From Fidelibacterota bacterium (GTDB taxonomy: Bacteria > Fidelibacterota > Fidelibacteria > Fidelibacterales > DSDE01): a stretch of DNA of 64,000 nt. Shown here in pieces: positions 38,801-47,073 of this stretch (positions are counted from its first letter, which is position 1; each line of letters begins with the position of its first letter). Location of the stretch: the NCBI GenBank assembly GCA_046735395.1, contig JBJKQR010000047.1:32001-96000 (forward strand), read 5' to 3'. The notes below the pieces were generated by a model. It saw nothing but the letters and a program-made list of their open reading frames with translations. It searched no databases and was not told the origin of the DNA. A program made the position numbers and the translations under genes.

Positions 38801-38915
38801 CAAGAATATCAACGGATCGGTTTTCTATGAATACGGTGAGACGTCGACGCCTCTGAACCCGAAGCGCATCAACCGGGACTTCGGCCTCTCCGCCAAAATA
38901 CGGATAAGCGGATGA
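32823..38915 (+). CDS. sprA: SprA-like type IX secretion outer-membrane translocon
   Basis: 2030 aa; signal peptide; IEGRIGDRL, FENTLKI-YTG-EDEIVQRIDAGNI, LFGIK, TW-LE-KNVYSLG, GVDYTIDY-G-V, ANIDDFEG, DLGKISED, GEVWINELRV motifs recognised from SprA/Sov; beta-strand C-terminus. Confidence 0.9.
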   Translation: MKEKSVRLLKIATFCSGLIIAFLGTVIAQESDSGIQFSYRYRPLGVMPDYSEKPSGFSAMTPDSLDPLSTSYPVKISGLMLFSQPDKSGNLLVQYEMLNGFRLRLPSVVSFRDYYPLQRKRTEAQLWQDKVASTLFTEETKSKESSIELIGADIAGQRVSLRVMGNISISGRLNNQTQATQITNFNQTNTSNFILDQTQNFNIEGRIGDRLSIKVDQDSERDFNFENTLKIFYTGQEDEIVQRIDAGNIDLSLSGTQFVTGKANTSGLFGIKALLKIGPVDLTAIASVEEGQNKKTTWGGGSDSEPLKIKDHQYLRNKYFFINKEFRNSMYPLDDMGRFVIHRQVREFELYKNVPETEVGAFTATAWIDPNDTTAAVNDFAERNLFFKRLERDVDYELNENLGYFKMMSFVNPSDVIAIAYRDESVDPGSLVPVMQEGDLISQDSTVKNLKLIKPQNPQPKNPTWDLEFKNVYSLGTTNINAEGFDLKIYNSSVASPIDRDENGTYLRTFGLDNQDENGVPGVHDEIMDNNPAVLRMNDGELWFPYLEPFTSEKTDPANAIPGEFNPDLPEALSSHFLYDTTSTSLINSDSKFYIQVKYTNRSSEIQLADPMIIEGSEEITAGGVLLTRGVDYTIDYFTGHVSLITPEARNPSAALNITYNARTLFQLDKKTVAGVRAEYKFGDRNFLGSTFMYYNQSSIDDQVRVGEEPFRNMIWDINGNVGYDINWLTRAINALPLIETSDPSSIKVSGEIAQILPNPNTINNPDTGDPKGVANIDDFEGAKQTTPMGVEKNGWFPASRPVNDALSYDGREQGFLFWYNPWGDIPTRQIWPDKQTSSTMNNDVTRVLNLVLDPTVNGITGQGTGAEDKKDVWGGVMRPLYSGAWDQSESKYIEVWARGTKGILQLDLGKISEDLDLFDTTSQTIRVNHRLDTEDKPIPGTGMTTGNGILETSENIGINGLTDEQEIFYGIDPELDNYKYDQGSRDYRHANGEERNNDYFYPNTEDISNNGKLDYFNSYFSYEINLANSDYFITETEFSDGKPTGWKLYRIPLSLPVERVNSPAMTDIQIFRLIYTGCADQDTVQIAGVGLVGNEWQEIGIAADSTENYVVNDNVFKIAVVNTEDNPEYDSPRGVMGKLDPVYNVRAKEQSLAMRVQDLSPGTRTAAKKSLWDNENYMNYQSMKMFVHGDVNYPSDSTQVKFYIRMGNISGVELKDYYEIVTPVFAGWDTKNFIDLQFNDITRLKQLVVGDSINTFVSADGQTRMLYLTDESGERTGRTYKVVGSPSFSRVNYFVIGLINDTDRDYTGEVWINELRVSDPLIEKGIAFRGAVDMDIAGIASINVNGNYKDASFHQVNQQYSTTGNTDNLVDNKSVNVNIKMNPHKLLPKSWSLSMPVSLSYSDKQDIPIYVPGSDIRLSAVPDSLLRLNHSIGLSTSFKKTSKSDFWLSKYTIDRLGANFSYARTNSSDRTIRDNHSTAYKGGVSYSLNFPKGNGISYLSWIPFYGDNLESMKFYLIPSNFSYNINMNEDTRFNQPRRGASTSTYKLNMSQSTSLSYSPFDNLTAGFKRATNNNLDSLRYRKTDIIRQFDTGFRVGENENYSLNFNPKFGSVFAPRLSYTSAFRVGNTMSLPYSSTSNSRNASASFDLDPAKVFNAIFKGKDSNRPNSRPDAGRGRPSPRPRPGSKKPEKTAGKKEKKEFSLVNFISSGLGRIQPLSFNMSENRSLTNQGVVLGDSTLYRAPVNFLYRLGLSDTPSDSIAWNIVGNNASSVNTKRNLSVRSGIKIFNNITSSFNFKYDQTENNSGNNVMLNTSRGFLPLGETGSQGIPMVDWSLKWSGLNKLPFVKDYVKSLTLDHAYNGQETISKQNGEVKSFTYSMNFMPLIGLGAKFNNGISSELRYSLSHDIVNQNTDTRKTLSENGTFTITYSKKGGLHIPIPFLEDLNMQNTIDFSMNANYSTRSVYLRKIESGSFVNTDWNKSWKLRPVVNYQFSKNINGSVFYEYGETSTPLNPKRINRDFGLSAKIRISG

Positions 38916-39832
38916 TGACACGACGCATAACCATATTTATCTCAATGATATTGCTCGCCGGATCGCTCGCAGCCGCCGACCGGCCTTTCAATGATGCGCG
39001 AGCCTTCGAATTCCTGGAAACCCAGGTGAATTTCGGGCCGCGTTTCGCCGGCGCTGAAGGCTACGAACCCATGAAAGCCTGGCTGATGAAGCAATTGAAG
39101 CCGCTGTGTGATACGCTGGTGACCCAGACCTTCAGGGCTGAAAATCCCATGACCGGTGAAAGCCATGATTATACAAATTTCATTGCCCGCATCCGTCCCG
39201 ATGCCACGCCGCGTATCATGCTGTCTGCCCACTTTGACAGCCGGCCCATGGCCGATATGGACAATCTGGAGGCAAACCGCACCCAGCCTGTTCCCGCAGC
39301 CAATGACGGAGCCAGCGGTGTCGCCGTACTGCTGGAGCTCCTGTCCGTTTTATCAGCTAATGGATTCCATCCGGCACTGGATGTGGTCTTCTGGGATGCG
39401 GAGGATATGGGACGCGCCGGCAGAAGCCGCGAATTCTGTATCGGCTCCCGCTACTATGCCGAGCACCCTCTGATGCCGAAGGCCCAGGAAGGGATTCTGC
39501 TCGATATGGTGGGGGACGCCAGCCTGAATTTCTACTTCGAGGGTTACTCCATGTATTACCATCCCGGCCTGGTTTCGCGGGTCTGGACCATTGCCGATCA
39601 GCTGGGTTATCGGGATGTCTTCGTACCCGAATTAAAGGAAACAATTTATGATGATCATCTGCCCCTGAACCAGATCGCAGGAATTCCCACCATTGATATC
39701 ATCGATTTTTCCTATCCCGATGAGGGAATAAATTTCTGGCATACCGTGGAGGATACGCCGGATAAATGCAGCGCCGGAAGCCTGGGCATTACAGGACAGG
39801 TACTGCTGTCATATCTGAAGGAGACCTATTAA
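38912..39832 (+). CDS. M28-family peptidase / type I glutaminyl cyclase-like
   Basis: SAHFDSRP, ANDGASGVAVLLE, WDAEDMG, LLDMVG, DDH-PL, IPTIDIID, WHT-ED. Confidence 0.82.
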   Translation: MMTRRITIFISMILLAGSLAAADRPFNDARAFEFLETQVNFGPRFAGAEGYEPMKAWLMKQLKPLCDTLVTQTFRAENPMTGESHDYTNFIARIRPDATPRIMLSAHFDSRPMADMDNLEANRTQPVPAANDGASGVAVLLELLSVLSANGFHPALDVVFWDAEDMGRAGRSREFCIGSRYYAEHPLMPKAQEGILLDMVGDASLNFYFEGYSMYYHPGLVSRVWTIADQLGYRDVFVPELKETIYDDHLPLNQIAGIPTIDIIDFSYPDEGINFWHTVEDTPDKCSAGSLGITGQVLLSYLKETY

Positions 39833-39838
39833 CTTACC

Positions 39839-40666
39839 ATGATGGATTTGGTCAGACTGTTTATCCCGTTCAGCCGTGAAAATCGCGAGAGGCTGGATAC
39901 GCTCATGGAGCTGGGACTCATTTCTGCCTATGAAAACACGCTGAATCGCCTCTGTGTTCTGGGGGAAAAAGACGAAGAGAAGCGGCTTTTGGCCGTCCTT
40001 GACGAATATCTGCCCGGTGTGGAGACTGAGATTGAGGATGTGCCGGATCAGGACTGGAACCGGATCTGGCGTGAAAATTTCCGGGAACTTCCGGTGGGTA
40101 AATCCTACTGGGTCTGTCCGCCCTGGCAGACGGACGGCGCAGTTCCTGACGGCCGCCGGAGACTGGTTATCAATCCGGGGCAGGCTTTCGGCACCGGTAC
40201 CCACGAGAGCACGCAGCTGATGATGGAGCTTCTGGAAGAGGTTCCGCCGGCGGGCAAGGATGTTCTGGACCTGGGCTGCGGAAGCGGTATTCTGTCGATC
40301 TGCGCATCCATTCTGGGAGCCCGCTCGGTGCAGTCTGTGGATTATGATAAAAATTTCTGTGACAATATGTCCGAGAACCTGAGTCTGAACGGCATCAGCA
40401 ATGTGGAGTATTCCGTCGCCAATGTCTTCAAAATGACGGATTTTCCGGGCGAATATTGTCTTATGAATATTGAAAAACATATCATCAAACCGGCGCTGAC
40501 ACGGATGACGGACATGGGTGTCCGTTTTCCCGAACTGCTGCTCAGCGGCCTGCTTTCCCGGGACGAAGAGGAAATGACGGAATTTCTCCTGGGGCAGGGG
40601 TATGAGGTGTCGGTAAAACGAAATAAAGGGGAATGGCTTGGACTATACTGTACGCCGAGTATTTAA
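39839..40666 (+). CDS. prmA: Ribosomal protein L11 methyltransferase
   Basis: DWN-W, PPW, INPGQAFGTGTHEST, VLDLGCGSGILS, LLLSGLL. Confidence 0.92.
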   Translation: MMDLVRLFIPFSRENRERLDTLMELGLISAYENTLNRLCVLGEKDEEKRLLAVLDEYLPGVETEIEDVPDQDWNRIWRENFRELPVGKSYWVCPPWQTDGAVPDGRRRLVINPGQAFGTGTHESTQLMMELLEEVPPAGKDVLDLGCGSGILSICASILGARSVQSVDYDKNFCDNMSENLSLNGISNVEYSVANVFKMTDFPGEYCLMNIEKHIIKPALTRMTDMGVRFPELLLSGLLSRDEEEMTEFLLGQGYEVSVKRNKGEWLGLYCTPSI

Positions 40667-41477
40667 GACACGGTCTCTGGCGGTATTGCTGCTATCGGCA
40701 GCAGTTCTGATGCTGGCCGGCAGCTGCGGCCCGGATCTGCCGACGCCTGCGCCGGAGCAGCTCTTTGTCTTCGGGGAGGGGAGCATCAGCTACAGCGCTC
40801 ACAGCCGTGAAATCAGCATCATCGTTCCGCTGCAGACACTGAATGGCATCGATTCGGTTCAGGCCGTGGTCAGAGGGCCTTCTTCCGGAGACAGCACCAT
40901 CTCGGTTCTGCTGAATGATTCCGGTGCACAGGGCGATCTGGTTGCCGGTGATCAGATCTACAGCTGTTCATACATATACAGCTTCAGTGACAGCAGTACG
41001 GGAACATTGAGAGCGAATGTCCGCGCCTGGGATCTGCAGGGAAACCTGTCGGATGCCTATGCTCTGTCTGTTCCGTTTTCAGTTGTGAATCATCCGCCCG
41101 TCATTCTGAAAATTGATACGCCCGATACGATGGTTCTGCCGGTCAGCGGAACGAAACTGCTCACGCTGAAAGCCTGGGTGGATGACCCGGACGGCGTGGA
41201 GGATATTGTTTCGCTCACCTATGAAATTTTCCGTCTGAGTGACAGCACCTGGATTTCCAATACGGCGTTCCAATTGTCAGATGTGGATCCTGCGAATGAA
41301 AATATGCTCAGAGACGGATACTTCACATCAACAGTCAGTATTTCTTCAACCAACAGTCCGGTTCTGAATACCTTTCGCTATACGGCCAAGGATGCTTACG
41401 GAAATTTCTCCGAATCTGTTCTGGACAGTATCCGGATGGTTCGCCCATCCAAAGGTGACGGGGAGGTGAATCCATGA
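40638..41477 (+). CDS. Lipoprotein with choice-of-anchor-X-like and Ig-like domains
   Basis: LAGSC lipobox; LNDSG-GDLVAGDQIYS; NHPPVI...VDDPDG; A-D-GN-S repeats. Confidence 0.65.
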   Translation: MDYTVRRVFKTRSLAVLLLSAAVLMLAGSCGPDLPTPAPEQLFVFGEGSISYSAHSREISIIVPLQTLNGIDSVQAVVRGPSSGDSTISVLLNDSGAQGDLVAGDQIYSCSYIYSFSDSSTGTLRANVRAWDLQGNLSDAYALSVPFSVVNHPPVILKIDTPDTMVLPVSGTKLLTLKAWVDDPDGVEDIVSLTYEIFRLSDSTWISNTAFQLSDVDPANENMLRDGYFTSTVSISSTNSPVLNTFRYTAKDAYGNFSESVLDSIRMVRPSKGDGEVNP

Positions 41478-43048
41478 GAAAATGGCTGATCGGGTTACTG
41501 ATTGTCTGCGGAAGCGCCAGCGCCCAGCTCTTCAAGGCACAGAACTATAATCTTACAGAATCGGGGCAGGGCTACAGCGGTCTGGCCTCCAACGGCGTAT
41601 CGGATGTGGAGGTTGTCAATGATTCTCTTATTCTCGTTGCCACTTCCAATGGGCTGAGTGTGAGTCAGGACAGCGGCCGGACCTGGCAGAGCTATCACAG
41701 CGGCGAGCAGGGCCTGGGCTATGGCGGCGTCTGCGCCATTGCCGCACTGGGCAAAAATATATGGGTTGCGACGGTCTTTGACAGCGCCGGCGTAAATGAA
41801 GTCACCGGAACCGGATCCGGAATTTCCTGGTCTCACGATGGAGGGCAGTCCTGGACGCATTTCCGCCAGATGACGGATGCGGCAGACGCGGATACGGTGA
41901 TGGCTTTCGGACATGTCATCGACGCTCTGCCCGTCACCGTGCCCATTGATAATATTACCTTTGATATGACTGCTCATGTGAACAGCGACGGAGACACGCT
42001 GCTCTGGGCTGCAAGTTTTGCCGGCGGAACGAGGGTCAGCCGCGATATGGGGCGAACCTGGAAACGGGTTGTGCTGCCGCCGGATAATGCTCGTTTCCTG
42101 AATGAGGATTCGGACTTTAATTTTGATTACAGTCCTGTTGACCGTTCGGATCTGGGCCTGGCAGGAAATTATAACCATGAATCCTTTTCGGTGCTTGCCT
42201 GGGGCGATACAGTAGTCGTGGGAACAGCTGCCGGGATCAATATCAGTACGGACTGCGGACGCAGCTGGGAAAAATTCAATCAGTCCAATTCGGGGGTTAC
42301 AGGAAATTTTGTGGTTGCCCTGCACCGGTCAGAAGACGGGACTCTCTATGCCGGGGTCCTTCCGGCTCTGGGTTCGGGAGAATTTCAGTCTCTCGTTTTC
42401 AGTCATCCCGGCGCGGATGGGTACCATTTCTGGGAACATACGCTGGATTATGAGAGGCTGTACAACGTGTCCACATCAGCCGGGAAGATTTATGCCTCCA
42501 CCCAGAACGGTGTATGGCTGAGCCAGAATGCCCATGGCTGGATTCAGATGAGCCATCCGGTTTCCGAGGATGGTGAAAAACAATTGTTTTCCGACGATGT
42601 GTATGCCGCGGTTCCGGATATGCAGGGACGTATCTGGGTGGGGACCGACGACGGTCTGGCCGTGACGGATGATGACGGCATCACCTGGACGCTGTTCCGG
42701 CGTACGGGCGCTCCGGCTGTATCCTCGTCTCTTCAGATCTCCGCCTATCCCAATCCTTTTTCTCCCAGCCGCATGAATACGTTTCAGGGAGACGGGTATA
42801 CACGGGTCCAGTGTGTATTTCCCGGGGACGGCAAGGTGGATATTGCCATTTTTGATTTCAGCATGTATCGTGTCCTCTCTCTGGTAAAGGATGAGGCCGT
42901 GGTGCGTGGCATGAGGGAATTTGCCTGGGATGGCCGTAATGCCCTGGGTGACATCTGTGCCAATGGCGTCTATTTTGTCAGGGTGGACTATACAAAAAAC
43001 AATGGCGGGCGCAGTGCTGCCTGGACTAAAATAATAATACTGGAATAG
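41474..43048 (+). CDS. PorZ-like beta-propeller (BNR/Asp-box repeats) with C-terminal sorting domain
   Basis: Signal peptide; repeated S-D-G-xW Asp-boxes; RIWVGTDDGL; CTD AYPNPFSP...WDGRN-G...NGVYF...TKIIILE. Confidence 0.7.
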   Translation: MRKWLIGLLIVCGSASAQLFKAQNYNLTESGQGYSGLASNGVSDVEVVNDSLILVATSNGLSVSQDSGRTWQSYHSGEQGLGYGGVCAIAALGKNIWVATVFDSAGVNEVTGTGSGISWSHDGGQSWTHFRQMTDAADADTVMAFGHVIDALPVTVPIDNITFDMTAHVNSDGDTLLWAASFAGGTRVSRDMGRTWKRVVLPPDNARFLNEDSDFNFDYSPVDRSDLGLAGNYNHESFSVLAWGDTVVVGTAAGINISTDCGRSWEKFNQSNSGVTGNFVVALHRSEDGTLYAGVLPALGSGEFQSLVFSHPGADGYHFWEHTLDYERLYNVSTSAGKIYASTQNGVWLSQNAHGWIQMSHPVSEDGEKQLFSDDVYAAVPDMQGRIWVGTDDGLAVTDDDGITWTLFRRTGAPAVSSSLQISAYPNPFSPSRMNTFQGDGYTRVQCVFPGDGKVDIAIFDFSMYRVLSLVKDEAVVRGMREFAWDGRNALGDICANGVYFVRVDYTKNNGGRSAAWTKIIILE

Positions 43049-43054
43049 CGCGAA

Positions 43055-43969
43055 ATGAAAAAAACAGCACTTCTTTTATTCATATTGGCATATGCAGCTC
43101 TGGCTGCAGACCGCAGCAGCGGCGGTATGGCCGGTGCCTATCAGCGCATGCCCCAGGATGCCCGATCAGCCGCCATGGGAAACGGGGCGGGAGCCGTGAC
43201 CAATGATATCAATGCCATTTTTGACAATCCTGCACTGACGGCCACACTCAGTGAGAAACAGGTCAGCAGCAATGTGGAATTTCTCAGTCTGGACCGGTCC
43301 CTGAACAGTCTGAGCTTCGGACTTCCCGTGAAACCCAGCGCCGGGATTGCTTTTGTCTGGCAGCACGCCGGTGTGGGAAATATTCAGGGACGGGATTTTG
43401 CCAATAATCCCACCGAAATCTACAGCAGCAGCCAGGATGTTTTCATCGTCAGCTTTGCCAATAATTTTTCGCCTGATCTGTCTGTGGGAATTGCCACGAA
43501 AATAATGATGGACAAGCTTCAGACAACGTCTGCATCGGGGCTGGGAATCGATGCCGGTATATCCTGGCGCCCGATGTCCTGGGTGTCGCTGGCTGCCTCG
43601 GCGCGCGATCTCAAGTCGGATGTTACCTGGGATACGGAAAAATTGTATGAATTCGGTGGACGGCGCGTGGATAAGCTGCCCACACGCTATCTCCTGTCAC
43701 TGGCGATTCAGCCCGCTTCGAATCTCACGTTCAGCGGATCCTGGAAAGGAAGTCAGGAGATTTTCCCCACCTGGCACGCCGGAATGGAATACGTGGTTTC
43801 ACCGCTTCTGCAGATGCGTGCCGGACTGGATGACGGAATGCCCGCACTCGGCTTCGGCATGGAATATCACGCCTGGAAGACCTTATCCGCACGTCTCGAT
43901 TATGCGTTTCTGTATGGCCGGGCTTCAGAAGGAGCGGGACATCTTTTTTCCATGCAGTTCTTTTTTTAA
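43055..43969 (+). CDS. PorV/PorQ-family outer-membrane barrel
   Basis: DARSAAMG-A-A...NAIFDNPA; GLGIDAG; LDYAF...H-FSMQFFF. Confidence 0.8.
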   Translation: MKKTALLLFILAYAALAADRSSGGMAGAYQRMPQDARSAAMGNGAGAVTNDINAIFDNPALTATLSEKQVSSNVEFLSLDRSLNSLSFGLPVKPSAGIAFVWQHAGVGNIQGRDFANNPTEIYSSSQDVFIVSFANNFSPDLSVGIATKIMMDKLQTTSASGLGIDAGISWRPMSWVSLAASARDLKSDVTWDTEKLYEFGGRRVDKLPTRYLLSLAIQPASNLTFSGSWKGSQEIFPTWHAGMEYVVSPLLQMRAGLDDGMPALGFGMEYHAWKTLSARLDYAFLYGRASEGAGHLFSMQFFF

Positions 43970-43987
43970 TATTATCCGGGGGTTTTT

Positions 43988-44818
43988 ATGATCAGAGATC
44001 ATCGATATATGGCCGTCATGATCCTGCTGTTGGTCAGCAGTTTCAGCTGGCTGATGGCGGACAACAGCGGTTATTTCTTCCTGGAATTGCCCGAATCGAA
44101 TACAACCGGATTCTGTCCCCTGTACACGAGCCGGACTCTGAGTGATTCAGGTTCGCAGCTTTCCTTCAGCTATGGCGGATGGCATAGTGGCGGACAGCTC
44201 AGTCACCTGTTCTGGTCAGATGGACAGTGGTCCGCCGGCCTGGATATGCTCGGAGTGACAGGAATAGATATACGGGGAACGGCACCCAGTGATGAACCTG
44301 TGGGGGAGACAGCCTGGTATACCGGTGCCTTCCGTGTAGGACGCTCGGAAACCATCGGCAGGTCACGGGTCTATCTTCGTATGAATCTGCTCTTCGAAAA
44401 ATTGTACTATGCGTCGGCCCGGGCAGCCTCGGCCGATCTGTTTCTGGACCACCCCGTATCTGCGAACGGAACGGTCTATGTCTCTGTTCAGAATTTCGGG
44501 ACCAGCGAAAAGCTGGATAAAGAGGCCAGCTTGCTTCCTCTCGCGCTCAGGGCCGGTTTTCAGCTGCGCGGATCTTTTTTTGATGCCGCCGTGAATGGTG
44601 GCTGGCACCGGAACGGCAATGTATTTCTGGAATCCCTGGTAAATCTGAATTATCATGATATGGCCGGGCTTCATGTTTCCTGGTCCTCCCTTCAGCAGGC
44701 CTGGCATGTGAGTCCTACGGTCCGGACCGGACGTTTTGAATTCGGTGTCGGGAAATATTTCTATGCCCGGGGGCTTGATTCCCCCTATATGCTGTCCTTT
44801 TCCATGGATCTTCAATGA
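43988..44818 (+). CDS. Divergent PorV/PorQ-like barrel
   Basis: Signal peptide; IDIRG-PS-EP-G, EKLY-SA-A-ADL, SVQNFG...LPLALRAG motifs; follows the PorV-like gene. Confidence 0.55.
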   Translation: MIRDHRYMAVMILLLVSSFSWLMADNSGYFFLELPESNTTGFCPLYTSRTLSDSGSQLSFSYGGWHSGGQLSHLFWSDGQWSAGLDMLGVTGIDIRGTAPSDEPVGETAWYTGAFRVGRSETIGRSRVYLRMNLLFEKLYYASARAASADLFLDHPVSANGTVYVSVQNFGTSEKLDKEASLLPLALRAGFQLRGSFFDAAVNGGWHRNGNVFLESLVNLNYHDMAGLHVSWSSLQQAWHVSPTVRTGRFEFGVGKYFYARGLDSPYMLSFSMDLQ

Positions 44819-45411
44819 AATATGGCAAGCTTCTGATTCTGTCTGTCATTTTGCTGGCAAGCGTTTCGGCCTGTGAAAACCTGCTGGGAGTCCGGGATGT
44901 GGAAAAACCGGATGGCAACACGACAAATCCCTGGATACCGGCTACACAGGGAGACAAGGTGTTTACGAATCTGGAATCCGTTTTTTCAAAGAGAAGCAAA
45001 GACTATTACCTGTACAATTTTTTTCACAGTGACAGCAGTGAGGGGAAACATTTCCGCTTTGTGCCCAGCCCCGCCTCCCAGGCCAGCTACCCGGGAAAGT
45101 TCGACAGCTGGACCCTCGATAATGAGTACGCCTGGTTTTCGGCGCTGAATTCCCTGCTGCCGGCCGATTCAACTCTCAGCCTGAGTTTCAGCAATATTGT
45201 TCAGTATTCGGATCTGGGTGATTCATTGAAATACGAGGCTGACTACACGATTCGGGCACATCTGGCCACGAAAGACCTGCCCGGCATTTACAGCGGCCAC
45301 TCCTATTTTACGCTTATCCGGGACAGTGACAATACCTGGGTTATATTGTACTGGGAAGACATCAACAGCACGGGAGAACCGGATTGGTCCATGCTAAAAG
45401 CACAATTTTAG
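44815..45411 (+). CDS. Hypothetical lipoprotein (NTF2-like)
   Basis: VSAC lipobox; V-NL...Y...F-F...W...E...W-I-W-D pattern shared with the next gene. Confidence 0.7.
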   Translation: MKYGKLLILSVILLASVSACENLLGVRDVEKPDGNTTNPWIPATQGDKVFTNLESVFSKRSKDYYLYNFFHSDSSEGKHFRFVPSPASQASYPGKFDSWTLDNEYAWFSALNSLLPADSTLSLSFSNIVQYSDLGDSLKYEADYTIRAHLATKDLPGIYSGHSYFTLIRDSDNTWVILYWEDINSTGEPDWSMLKAQF

Positions 45412-45944
45412 GCGTCTGTATTCTTATTTTGTCAGCCTGCCACAATATTTTTGCACCTCCCTACGGCGATGTAAGCGGAAAAAATGTGCTGTACCGAACG
45501 AGCCTTGATTCACCGGATGCCGTTCTCTATAATTTCCAGTATGCCTATTGCTATCAGGACAGTTTTATCTACTCCACTCTCATTGATTCTGATTTTGTGT
45601 TTTTGTATTATGAACCTCAGGATGAGGGTGGCAGCGGGCACTATGCCTCATGGGGACGCGATATCGAACTGAAAACCACCGGTGGACTGCTGCGGGCTTT
45701 CTCATATATAAGTTTGACCTGGGATGCCACACTTGACAGCAACTATTCATATGTGGAGGGCGGGGAGACGCTGAAAATGGAAGACAGCTGGTTTGACAGC
45801 TGTAATTACGCATATATGCAGAAGGGTTTCCAGCTGAATATCGGTGAGAATATTTACCTGGTGGGAAACGCGCGTTTTGAATTCAGAAAAAACAGCCGGG
45901 ACGGGCAGTGGCGATTGACTGCCTGGCGGGATGAATCCTTCTGA
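45384..45944 (+). CDS. Hypothetical lipoprotein (NTF2-like), paralog of the previous gene
   Basis: LSAC lipobox; TTG start with GGAG RBS; VLYNF-YAY...DF-F...WGRD-E...G-ARF-F...W-L-W-D. Confidence 0.7.
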   Translation: MVHAKSTILGVCILILSACHNIFAPPYGDVSGKNVLYRTSLDSPDAVLYNFQYAYCYQDSFIYSTLIDSDFVFLYYEPQDEGGSGHYASWGRDIELKTTGGLLRAFSYISLTWDATLDSNYSYVEGGETLKMEDSWFDSCNYAYMQKGFQLNIGENIYLVGNARFEFRKNSRDGQWRLTAWRDESF

Positions 45945-45955
45945 AAGGGTACAGA

Positions 45956-47050
45956 ATGCCGGAATGGTTTAGGAAAAAACATGCAGTCTGGAGTCTGTTG
46001 GCGGTAGTCCTGACCGTCTTGCTGGTGGTAAGCCTGAATTATCTCCGGAAGGAAATCGGCCGCGAAGGCCGGCAGCTGAAAATTAAGCGGACGCTTGAAC
46101 TGAGAATTGTACCCCTGCTGAAATCGAAATATTTCGGTTTTAACCAGAGGGATAATCTGGTTTATAATCAGAATTATCTGTATGCTTCCTTCACCTATCC
46201 CTACGACAGTAATATTGATGTCAAGCTGAACCAGCTGACCCATCATATTCAGCGCTATGGCATGGAAGGGGACTTCTCCAATGATTTTGAACAGCAACGG
46301 ATCGTGTACCGGATCCGGAAGGATGGACGGCAGATCGCGCTGTTTCATATGATACGGGGTCAAAAACCGTCAACGGGAGAAATGATTCTCATCCTGGATG
46401 ATTTCGGATATAATCTCAATGAGACGACTGCCGACTTTCTGGCAATGAAGGTTCCCCTGAATATTTCAGTAATACCCGGCCACCAGTTCAGCCGGCAGAT
46501 CGCTGATATGGCGGTCCGCGCCGGGCAGGAAGTGATGATTCATATGCCGATGGAACCTTTTGATTATTCCGGGGGAGAGGAAGATTACATACTGAAGACA
46601 TCCATGAGCAATTATGAGATCGGCCGCAGACTGCAGATGGCCTTTGAGGAACTGCCCATGGCCCGGGCCATGAATAATCACATGGGATCGAAGGCCACCT
46701 CCGATCCGGATCTGATGAGGTCTCTGGCCCGAATGCTGAGCCAGAAACGAATGATTTTTGTGGACAGCTATACTTATGGCGGTTCCAAGGCCGGTGATAT
46801 TTTACCGTCTTATGGTGTATTTACTCTGAAACGCGATGTATTTCTGGATAATGAATCGGATTTGGGGTATATCCAGGGGCAGATCCGACAGGCTCTGCGT
46901 ATCGCAGAACGAACCGGTATGGTAGTTGCGATCGGCCATGACAGGCCTGGAACCTACCGGGCCCTGAAGGAAATGCTTCCCGAGATCCGCAGACGGGGAA
47001 TTTCTCTGATCCGTATTTCTAAATATTTTAACGACAGAGTGCCTGCCTGA
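45956..47050 (+). CDS. Divergent polysaccharide deacetylase (YibQ-like)
   Basis: N-terminal TM; ILDDFG, HMPMEP, NNHMGS-AT, FVDS-T, RDVFLDN, AIGH. Confidence 0.9.
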   Translation: MPEWFRKKHAVWSLLAVVLTVLLVVSLNYLRKEIGREGRQLKIKRTLELRIVPLLKSKYFGFNQRDNLVYNQNYLYASFTYPYDSNIDVKLNQLTHHIQRYGMEGDFSNDFEQQRIVYRIRKDGRQIALFHMIRGQKPSTGEMILILDDFGYNLNETTADFLAMKVPLNISVIPGHQFSRQIADMAVRAGQEVMIHMPMEPFDYSGGEEDYILKTSMSNYEIGRRLQMAFEELPMARAMNNHMGSKATSDPDLMRSLARMLSQKRMIFVDSYTYGGSKAGDILPSYGVFTLKRDVFLDNESDLGYIQGQIRQALRIAERTGMVVAIGHDRPGTYRALKEMLPEIRRRGISLIRISKYFNDRVPA

Positions 47051-47073
47051 CTCTGTATCAGAAGGGAGATAAA

